Counted from the stretch's first letter, positions 1-6,570 are shown. The stretch: DNA of 11,762 bases from Candidatus Aenigmatarchaeota archaeon (GCA_046760225.1 JBHIDR010000024.1:1-11762), one strand, 5' to 3'. Notes: a model not told the origin generated them from the sequence alone. A program made the numbers and translations.

Positions 1-1707
1 ATCACCAACAGCAATGTCGTTTATACCGCCGTTGCAGCTCATTGTGCCGATATACACTTTGTCAAAATAACTCTCATCTCCGTTGTTCACGAAGACATAA
101 AGTCTGCAGCTGTTGTCACCTGCTACAATGTCAAGGTCACCATCATTGTCAAAATCCCCTATTCCTATGCCCCTTGAATTGCTGTTTGCTTTGTCAACAT
201 AGACAGCTTCACCGAAAGTACCATTGCCATAATCCTCAATATAATAAATATCACCAGTACCAGTATTTCTTGTTGAAGCAACAAAACTTTCAAATCTCAT
301 GTCCGATCTCTTTGTATCCCAATTCCCATAATAAACCCTGTAGTTCCTTGTGCTCAGGTTGGCAGAATAGACCTGGAGCTCATTTAATCCTCCTCCACTG
401 CTATGATAGCTGTTAACATCAAACTGAACATACTGAGCCTTTCTTGGCAAGAAAGCAACTTCTGTCCAGGGATATGAATCCTTCTGATACGCATAACCGT
501 TCTGTATGTTCACATAACCAGAATTATTTTGTTGTGATGTCTTGACATTCCAGTCCTTTGCTCCCCTATCATAACTATCTCTATTGTGTGTGTTCAGCCA
601 CCTAATTCTGTTTATGGTTATATTGTTCCCAAGGTCTACCCTTGCCCATCCAGTAACGCCGTTAGGCAACAGCCAGAAATCATTCAAGCCATTGATATTA
701 TCATCAACATACGAGTCATCCACAATATTGCTGCAATTATAACTATTGCTATATTTTGCAGAGCAATATGTTGTCTTGTTGAATGCAAGGTTAGGCCCAA
801 GTTCCTCGTATATCTCGATTTCTGCTGAAAGGTTTGCTGCCGTACAATAACCGTTCTGATATTTTTCTTCCTTGACCTTCAGAGGAATCTCTGTTTCCAG
901 TGCATCAGGATCGTATGCCAGCGGTGTTGTGTTCTGCCATTCCTTTACAACCACCTCTACCTCGGCATCAAAGTACTGGCTGCCTCCAGAGTTGTATATC
1001 CTGCATGCCAGCGTGTTCTTCCCTGTCAGGTTCAGCCTGGGCCTGATATTATAGAAATCGTTCCAGTGCCTGTCCTCTTCATTGGTCCCGAAAATGAATA
1101 TCCTCTCCTCGTTCAGCCAGCAGGATGCATCATCATCAGCAGATACCCTTAATTCTGCTGAGACAACATCAGATATATTGCTGATGTTAAGGACAGTGCT
1201 GTTCCTTACAAGTATATAAGAGTTGTCCCCGTCCCATGGTGTCCTGTAACCATTATGGTCGCCTATGGGAGTCTTTCCAAGGTTCCAGCCTGAATCATCA
1301 AGGCCCGAGCTTTTCCAGTTAGCTGGCTCAGAATTCGTTATATAATATCTCCAATATTGGTCATTGTTCTTGTCAGCCCTCAAAACCCAGTCTGTTCTTT
1401 TCCTTTTCCAGTCATCAAGTGTTGCTTTGCATGTGCTGTTCTGGTCGCACCATCCGCCCCTCACAGTCATTCTTAATTCCTTTGAGCAGTTGAATGTTGT
1501 ATTTGGCTCTAGAGTAAAATTGAAGTGCATTATTTCAGTTCTTCCAATCCCGCTTGTATTTGAGAGATTGAATGTTATTTCCTTGCTGTATTTCCAGTCA
1601 GTGTCCCACCATGTATCAGCTGCAAGAGCAGAAGGAGCAAGAAATACAAAGAAAAGGCCTATTAAAACTATGGCTGCACCCCCCTGCAAATGCCGTTGAG
1701 AAGACAT
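1..1707 (-). CDS. Large secreted/surface adhesin-like glycoprotein, 3'-partial (569 codons visible): signal peptide, DUF2341-like domain, galactose-binding-like jelly roll, F5/8 type C (discoidin)-like domain, FG-GAP/VCBS-like repeats
   Basis: Manual translation from ATG at 1707 is open to position 1: MSSQRHLQGGAAIVLIGLFFVFLAPSALA|ADTWWDTDWKYSKEITF...YWRYY...NWKSSGLDDSGWNLGKTPIG...LRVSADDDASCWLN...NLAFNKT...GWARVDLGNNITINRIRW...AQYVQFDV...LNELQVY...YRVYYGN...GIGIGDFDNDGDLDIVAG...LYVFVNNG...DIAVGD. Many N-x-S/T sequons. No stop codon in the window. Confidence 0.9.
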   Translation of the reverse strand, partial: MSSQRHLQGGAAIVLIGLFFVFLAPSALAADTWWDTDWKYSKEITFNLSNTSGIGRTEIMHFNFTLEPNTTFNCSKELRMTVRGGWCDQNSTCKATLDDWKRKRTDWVLRADKNNDQYWRYYITNSEPANWKSSGLDDSGWNLGKTPIGDHNGYRTPWDGDNSYILVRNSTVLNISNISDVVSAELRVSADDDASCWLNEERIFIFGTNEEDRHWNDFYNIRPRLNLTGKNTLACRIYNSGGSQYFDAEVEVVVKEWQNTTPLAYDPDALETEIPLKVKEEKYQNGYCTAANLSAEIEIYEELGPNLAFNKTTYCSAKYSNSYNCSNIVDDSYVDDNINGLNDFWLLPNGVTGWARVDLGNNITINRIRWLNTHNRDSYDRGAKDWNVKTSQQNNSGYVNIQNGYAYQKDSYPWTEVAFLPRKAQYVQFDVNSYHSSGGGLNELQVYSANLSTRNYRVYYGNWDTKRSDMRFESFVASTRNTGTGDIYYIEDYGNGTFGEAVYVDKANSNSRGIGIGDFDNDGDLDIVAGDNSCRLYVFVNNGDESYFDKVYIGTMSCNGGINDIAVGD

Positions 1708-1827
1708 TTTATCTGACTAAATATGCACAGTAATCTTTAAATGCCTTGATTATATAGCCCATTTCGTCATTCACCGAACTTCAGGAAAAGAGCAACCTCT
1801 TTTTATTTTACTTCGACCATATATCTA
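1708..1827. promoter_or_regulatory. Divergent promoter region between adhesin-like and toxin-like genes
   Basis: TTTAAA at 1736-1741, ~29 nt upstream of the - strand ATG (1707); TTTTATTTA at ~1801-1810, ~20 nt upstream of the + strand ATG (1828). Spacing fits archaeal TATA boxes with leaderless or short-leader transcripts. Confidence 0.5.
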
Positions 1828-4131
1828 ATGGTGGTAATGGCAGCCATACCTTTTTCTAATCTGAGAAAGGTCTTCTTACTCCTTTCCATGTTATTCTTCC
1901 TGGCACCTGTTGCATTAGCTGTCCCGTTCTCTCCTGAAAGCGGGAGCGGTGCAACAGATTTTGTTCTTCCTGCCTCACTTGCAGCATCAATAGCAATACC
2001 ACTGCTCCTTGCCTACAAGGGAAGGAAATACCTTGTAAAGGTAAGCTGGGAAGACATGAAGCAGATGTATGCGCCGAAAAGAACCTACCAGAACTTTCTT
2101 TCCTCAATAAGGAGGGCGGTCAGAAGCACAGTGAGCCGCCTCTCAAGAGCAGTCAGGAGTGTTGCCCGAACAGTCACTAGGACAGTGTCCAGTGTAGCAA
2201 GAACAGTCAGCAGGGCGGCCAGTGCTGCCAGAACTGTTGCCAGCAGGATTGTGAGCACAGCAAGCAGGGCTGTAAGAAGTGTTGGAAGGGCAATAAGCAA
2301 TGCTGCCTCCAGGGCAGTATCAACAGCACGCAGCATTGTAAGCAGGGCAGGCTCTGCGGTCCGAAGCGTTGCAAGAAGAGTATATTCAGGTGCAAGGACT
2401 GTTGCGCGCGCATATGTCAATACCCATGTCAGGGCTGCCCAGACAGTTGCAAGTGCAATAGGTGCTGTTAAGAAGTCTGTGCAGTCCTCAATATCCAGAA
2501 TTGTGAACAGAGCAAGCACTGTTGTAAAGAACATAGCCTCAAAGATTTCCTCTGGGCTCAAAGCAGCAAAACAAGTAGGAAAGGCACTGGTCAACAAGGT
2601 AAAGAAGGACATGGCTGCTGCAGGCTCTTTTATTTACAAGGGCATGAGGGATGCAAAGAACCTTGCCATTGCAGCTGGAAAAACTGTTGTAGACAGTGCA
2701 AAGGCTGTTGGCCAGTGGATAGTTGAGCATCCTTATGAGACAATAATGATTATCGGCATGATTGCCCTTGCCCTGACAGGAGTTGGCCTTATAGCTGACT
2801 TTGCAGTGGCAGGGTCAATATCCCTTGGAGCAATAGGAGCCAGCAGCACAGGTGCAATGCTCGGAACAGCTGGCTCCACCCTGTTCATAGCATCTGATGT
2901 TGCTCTAGGCGGTGTTTTTGCTGCTGATGTGGGCACAGCCTATATGGATGGCGGCTGGGAGGCCGCGAAGACTGTTATGGCTGAAAAGGGGCCAATGGTG
3001 GCTGTCACAATGGTTGGATATGGGGCGGGCGCTGCATTACGTCCAGTTGCGCAGATGATTGCCAGGACGCGTATAGGTGGAAAAATAGGTGCAGAAGTAG
3101 GCACAATTTTAGCGCGTAGCCAAGGCTATACCGATGACATCATAAGAAACATCGACGGCGGAGTGCCCAGGATAGCTGAACTGGAGGCAAAAGGCCTCAA
3201 AGCAAAGGACGTAAAGAGGATAATGGACATAGAAAATGGCGTAATTGATCCAGGTTATTCTAAAGCTGTTATGAACAAGCTCTCGGCAGAAGAGCTTGTA
3301 GGGTTAGAAAGAGCAAAACTTAAGCCTCATCAGATAGAAGAAATGGGAAAGCTGAAATTCAAAGCCAAAATAACAGGAAGCGTAAAGAAGGCAGAGATAG
3401 ATGGCGCAATAAAATCTCTGAAAAGAATAGATAAAGACCCTGCTCTTGTAAACAAAATGAATAAAGCTGGAGTTAAAGATATTACCATGAAACAATTCAA
3501 AGGAAACAATGCCAAGATTCCTGCAAGAATAAATGCCAAGGGAGAGATGGAGCTAAACAGCAGACTTATTAATGATTATAATCCTAAAGCATTAGTTTCT
3601 CATGAAGCACAGCATCTTATCGACAATGCTGCCTTCAAGGGAAGGTACAATCCGAATAAAGTTAAAAGAAATCTAATTAAAATGACAAAGATGAGTGATG
3701 ATGAAGCAGATAATATCATAAATATAGCAGAAGACATTATAGCTGACTCTAGAATACCTAAAAAGTATGCTATGTCTTTAGTGAAATCAGAACTAAATGC
3801 ATGGGAAAAGGGCTTGGTATCTCCAGATAAAAAGATTTTAGCCAAGTACTATGCTATTGTGAGAAATCGTGCTTCTCCAAAAGACATTTTAAAAGGTGAG
3901 GAAACAGGAAAATTCTTATCCAGAGTTGATGAAATAGTATCAAAAAGGGGTTTGAATAAAGGAGATCCTCATTTCACTGAAAAGGTTGGAAGGATGGGAG
4001 AATTATATTCTGTGAGGTCACAAAGGGTTTTATCAAAGGTTGAACAGAAAACAATGACAAATGCTGATCAAATAGAATTTGTAAAGAATCTGGACGATAT
4101 CACTTTATTTGTGGAAAAATCTTTTCCTTAA
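1828..4131 (+). CDS. Putative polymorphic toxin-like membrane/secreted protein with C-terminal zincin (HExxH) metallopeptidase domain
   Basis: 767-aa ORF: signal peptide (RKVFLLLSMLFFLAPVALA), TM at ~aa45-63 followed by KGRK, Arg/Lys-Ser-Ala-Val amphipathic repeats (aa77-260, no D/E), Gly/Ala-rich hydrophobic segments (~aa305-405), then HEAQH at 3601-3615 and NIAED at 3721-3735. The 3' part is visibly more AT-rich. The CDS itself is secure; the toxin role is inferred. The start could be the in-frame ATG at 1837. Confidence 0.7.
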   Translation: MVVMAAIPFSNLRKVFLLLSMLFFLAPVALAVPFSPESGSGATDFVLPASLAASIAIPLLLAYKGRKYLVKVSWEDMKQMYAPKRTYQNFLSSIRRAVRSTVSRLSRAVRSVARTVTRTVSSVARTVSRAASAARTVASRIVSTASRAVRSVGRAISNAASRAVSTARSIVSRAGSAVRSVARRVYSGARTVARAYVNTHVRAAQTVASAIGAVKKSVQSSISRIVNRASTVVKNIASKISSGLKAAKQVGKALVNKVKKDMAAAGSFIYKGMRDAKNLAIAAGKTVVDSAKAVGQWIVEHPYETIMIIGMIALALTGVGLIADFAVAGSISLGAIGASSTGAMLGTAGSTLFIASDVALGGVFAADVGTAYMDGGWEAAKTVMAEKGPMVAVTMVGYGAGAALRPVAQMIARTRIGGKIGAEVGTILARSQGYTDDIIRNIDGGVPRIAELEAKGLKAKDVKRIMDIENGVIDPGYSKAVMNKLSAEELVGLERAKLKPHQIEEMGKLKFKAKITGSVKKAEIDGAIKSLKRIDKDPALVNKMNKAGVKDITMKQFKGNNAKIPARINAKGEMELNSRLINDYNPKALVSHEAQHLIDNAAFKGRYNPNKVKRNLIKMTKMSDDEADNIINIAEDIIADSRIPKKYAMSLVKSELNAWEKGLVSPDKKILAKYYAIVRNRASPKDILKGEETGKFLSRVDEIVSKRGLNKGDPHFTEKVGRMGELYSVRSQRVLSKVEQKTMTNADQIEFVKNLDDITLFVEKSFP

Positions 4132-4143
4132 TTATTAGTTAAA

Positions 4144-4178
4144 AAAACAACATCCTTTTATACTTTTTAGAACTATTT
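4144..4178 (+). repeat. Promoter-containing direct repeat A, copy 1
   Basis: AAAACAACATCCTTTTATACTTTTTAGAACTATTT; 30/35 identical to 4822-4856; contains TATA-like TTTTATA (4156-4162) ~24 nt before ATG 4186. Confidence 0.85.
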
Positions 4179-4185
4179 AATTAAT

Positions 4186-4611
4186 ATGTCACCTGTACCA
4201 CCATTATCATTATATCATGAATATAGATATTATAAAAGACTCCTATCAATGCAGTGTAAAGATTTGAAATTACCTAAAAAAATCACGGATTTTGTACTAA
4301 AATTTTATACTGTATTGACCTATAAAATCTGGAAAAAAGAAATATCTCTTGAACCAGCTACGTATCAGGTAGTGGCACTAGTTTCAATTTATCAGGCTTC
4401 GAAAATGAAAAAATTTAAAATTTCTTTAAAAAATTTAACAAAGAAGCTAAAAAAGATAACTTATTATCAACTTGCTCTGCAGTATAATAAGGAATATGAA
4501 GAAAAGGTAAATTTCAAAACAATAAAATACATAGAGGAGGAATACAAAAAAATTGAGGAGGAATATAGAAAGAAGGGGAAAAAGCTAAAAAGAAGAAGAT
4601 GGCAATACTAG
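4186..4611 (+). CDS. Gene A1: basic 141-aa protein resembling a single TFIIB/TFB cyclin-fold repeat; candidate immunity protein
   Basis: ORF with its own TATA box directly behind the toxin-like gene. CKDLKLPKKITDFVLKFY and QVVALVSIYQASKMKKFKISLKNL resemble the TFB repeat patterns CSxLGLPxxVxExAxxIY and VAAAxIYxAxRxxGxPxTLxEI (by eye). Confidence 0.6.
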   Translation: MSPVPPLSLYHEYRYYKRLLSMQCKDLKLPKKITDFVLKFYTVLTYKIWKKEISLEPATYQVVALVSIYQASKMKKFKISLKNLTKKLKKITYYQLALQYNKEYEEKVNFKTIKYIEEEYKKIEEEYRKKGKKLKRRRWQY

Positions 4612-4635
4612 AACAACGCCCTTAAATATGTCTTC
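4612..4635 (+). repeat. Promoter-containing direct repeat B, copy 1
   Basis: AACAACGCCCTTAAATATGTCTTC; 22/24 identical to 5264-5287; starts immediately after the gene A1 stop; TATA-like CTTAAATA 26 nt before ATG 4654. Confidence 0.85.
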
Positions 4636-4653
4636 AATACTCTTAATAGGTAT

Positions 4654-4779
4654 ATGATTTTAATGCCCCGTGATGAAACCAGAAAGTTTTTTGTTAAGGG
4701 TGCAAAACATATCTTAAATGAGATGAAAGATAATGATGCAACAGAATTTACAGGAATATTTTCCTTTTTTACATCATAG
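4654..4779 (+). pseudogene. Gene B1: truncated 41-aa paralog of the 5306..5647 protein
   Basis: MILMPRDETRKFFVKGAKHILNEMKDNDATEFTGIFSFFTS*; ILNEMKDNDATEFTGIFSFF aligns without gaps to IMRDMIKKGGRDFAGMISFF of 5306..5647; same promoter repeat at the same spacing. Confidence 0.75.
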
Positions 4780-4823
4780 AATTTGCTGAAAAGGTTGATG
4801 ATCTTCTATTTTTAGATAAATAA
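4776..4823 (+). pseudogene. Relic of the extreme C-terminus of a variant toxin gene
   Basis: Reads IEFAEKVDDLLFLDK*, compared with IEFVKNLDDITLFVEKSFP* at 4072-4131; both begin ATAGAATTTG and both are followed by promoter repeat A. Confidence 0.65.
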
Positions 4824-4856
4824 AACAACATGTTTTTATACTTGTTAAATCTATTT
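4822..4856 (+). repeat. Promoter-containing direct repeat A, copy 2
   Basis: AAAACAACATGTTTTTATACTTGTTAAATCTATTT; 30/35 identical to 4144-4178; TTTTTATA (4833-4840) ~21 nt before ATG 4861. Confidence 0.85.
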
Positions 4857-4860
4857 TTAT

Positions 4861-5262
4861 ATGATGATTAAACATCATAAAAGAAAGAGTACCCCTAAAA
4901 TCAGAGTTATTGTACCACGGAAATTATTTGTTGATATAAAGGATAATATAGAATTCCGTAAAAGATTTAGTGATGTACTTAAGCATTTATCAGAATTAGG
5001 ATTCTCTGAAAAAGACCTAGATAAATTCTTTTATTTAACAGATAAATTCATGTTAAAATACAGCATCAAAATTAATTCTGAACAAATAAAACATTTCCCA
5101 AAAATAAGGGTTAATGATATGGTAAGGGCTTCCATACAACATCTTCAAGAAAAGGAAGAAATTTCTTTGACAGATGAGCAGACGAATAAGATTCAGAATA
5201 TGTACAAATCAAGTCCTGAAAGGATTAAGAAGGTTCTTGAGCTTATTAAAGATATAGAATAA
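4861..5262 (+). CDS. Gene A2: 133-aa helical protein, possible highly diverged cyclin-fold/TFB-like repeat; candidate orphan immunity protein
   Basis: Occupies the same slot as A1 between repeats A and B. LSELGFSEKDLDKFFYL, NDMVRASIQHLQEKEEISLT and MYKSSPERIKKVLELI follow the helix pattern of a TFB repeat; similarity to A1 is weak. Confidence 0.55.
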   Translation: MMIKHHKRKSTPKIRVIVPRKLFVDIKDNIEFRKRFSDVLKHLSELGFSEKDLDKFFYLTDKFMLKYSIKINSEQIKHFPKIRVNDMVRASIQHLQEKEEISLTDEQTNKIQNMYKSSPERIKKVLELIKDIE

Positions 5263-5263
5263 A

Positions 5264-5287
5264 AACGACGCCCTTAAATACGTCTTC
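5264..5287 (+). repeat. Promoter-containing direct repeat B, copy 2
   Basis: AACGACGCCCTTAAATACGTCTTC; 22/24 identical to 4612-4635; CTTAAATA 26 nt before ATG 5306. Confidence 0.85.
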
Positions 5288-5305
5288 GAACAATTAAAAT
5301 AATGT

Positions 5306-5647
5306 ATGATAAAATCCAACGGAAAATTCTTGAAAAATCTAGAAAAGGATTTTGATATAATAATGAGGGATATGATAAAGAAAGGAGGAAGGGATTTCGC
5401 AGGTATGATATCCTTCTTCAACAAGAATAATGATGTATCGTCAATATTTTTCAGATATTCTCCGAACCTTAATAAAAGCCTGATAGTGATGGCTACAGTT
5501 GCTTGTCAATCAGCTAAACTCTTTTATAGTAATGCGAACAAATGGGGTGTTGACGGAAGGGTTGTAATGAAAAAGCTTTTCGGTGAAGAGCTTCAATTAT
5601 GGCATAAAACAGGTACATTTGAGGAGAATTGGGATAAATTAACGTAA
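5306..5647 (+). CDS. Gene B2: hypothetical 113-aa protein (full-length member of the B family)
   Basis: ORF with own TATA-containing repeat; N-terminal part homologous to truncated 4654..4779. No family recognised. Confidence 0.75.
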   Translation: MIKSNGKFLKNLEKDFDIIMRDMIKKGGRDFAGMISFFNKNNDVSSIFFRYSPNLNKSLIVMATVACQSAKLFYSNANKWGVDGRVVMKKLFGEELQLWHKTGTFEENWDKLT

Positions 5648-5667
5648 ATATCAATTGAGGTGGTTAA

Positions 5668-5952
5668 ATGCAAAGGGTATGGATAGCGTCAAAAAGGAAA
5701 ATAAAAAAGGAGAAGTGGATTAAAATACCCCCCAAGAAAGATGAATCTGTCACAGATATGGTCAACAGATTACTGGATACTTTTGAAGAAGAAAAAAAGA
5801 AAATGGAAATTGAAAAACTTATAAGAAAGCATAAGGACGGACTTACTACTCAAGAGATTGCTGAGAAGATGAACTTGAATACATTATTTCTCTTGAAAGT
5901 ACTTCCTGAGCTTGTAAATGAGGGTAGGATAAAGAGGGTGTTGAAGCACTAA
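5668..5952 (+). CDS. Small DNA-binding protein: N-terminal RHH/antitoxin-like segment fused to a winged helix-turn-helix
   Basis: GAGGTG Shine-Dalgarno at 5657-5662; KKDESVTDMVNRLLD resembles the ESFSDVIxRLL helix of archaeal RHH antitoxin-type proteins; GLTTQEIAEKMNLNTLFLLKVLPELVNEGRIKRV is a typical wHTH. Confidence 0.7.
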   Translation: MQRVWIASKRKIKKEKWIKIPPKKDESVTDMVNRLLDTFEEEKKKMEIEKLIRKHKDGLTTQEIAEKMNLNTLFLLKVLPELVNEGRIKRVLKH

Positions 5953-6570
5953 TCACTTCCTCTTCCTTTTTGCCTTTTTGGTGCGTTTGTTTCTTTTTGC
6001 CTTTTTCGCCTTCAGCCTTGCAATCTCCTTTTTAAGATGGACCAGCTCGTTCATCCTGAGCTTCGTGAGGGAGGTGCTGATGCTGGCTATACCAGCCTTT
6101 ATCTCCTCCAGGTCTGCCTCTATCTTCACCAATTTGGGCACATAGTGCGGAACATTCTTTTCCACCAGCTCTGCAAGCTTGTCAACAGATCTTGGCGACA
6201 GGCCTGACCTCTTCAGGACGCTCTTTATTTCATTGTCATCCAGGCCATATCTGCTCAGTGTGCGCACTATGTTGACTGCTATCTTCTCACCTTCCTTTGG
6301 CCTGTCAGTGAGCTTTATGCTGGCCTCTATTCCCCTTACCATGACTATGGACAGCATTCCCACAATAAAGTTCACAAGATAAAACAGCCAGCCCAAGGCA
6401 GTAAAGGAAACAAAATTGAATATCAGAACCAGCACGACCACGAAGATGAACATGTCAACTATCAGTGCCTTTGCCTTTGGCCTGCCGAAGGCACGGAAGG
6501 TTATCATTTCACCTACGAATATCCCTATCAGCAGCGCCATCAGCGCTATCATTTGCGTTAGTATTTCCAT
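5953..6570 (-). CDS. Membrane protein (about 3 N-terminal TM helices) with cytoplasmic helical domain, short coiled coil and very basic tail
   Basis: 205-aa ORF with hydrophobic segments in the first ~80 aa; C-terminus KAKKAKRNKRTKKAKRKRK; start abuts the upstream stop (GGTGAA TGA ATG), with an SD-like GGTGA. Confidence 0.8.
   Translation of the reverse strand: MEILTQMIALMALLIGIFVGEMITFRAFGRPKAKALIVDMFIFVVVLVLIFNFVSFTALGWLFYLVNFIVGMLSIVMVRGIEASIKLTDRPKEGEKIAVNIVRTLSRYGLDDNEIKSVLKRSGLSPRSVDKLAELVEKNVPHYVPKLVKIEADLEEIKAGIASISTSLTKLRMNELVHLKKEIARLKAKKAKRNKRTKKAKRKRK

Noticed and set aside
42..1699. Plus-strand ORFs 42..416 (Cys/His-rich), 586..828, 872..1054, 1364..1699
   Set aside because: Antisense shadows of the continuous - strand adhesin-like CDS; the Cys/His richness comes from reading complementary codons.
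1856..3845. Minus-strand ORFs inside the toxin-like gene, including the L/A/T-rich 2085..2612
   Set aside because: Antisense shadows of the 767-aa ORF; repetitive composition mirrors its repeats.
1828..4131. Phage tape-measure protein / provirus
   Set aside because: Amphipathic repeats are superficially similar, but there is a signal peptide and no capsid, terminase, tail or integrase gene in the window.
4144..5287. CRISPR array or integron cassette array interpretation of repeats A and B
   Set aside because: Only two copies of each, ~650-680 bp apart, containing TATA boxes and lacking CRISPR spacing or attC-type extended palindromes.
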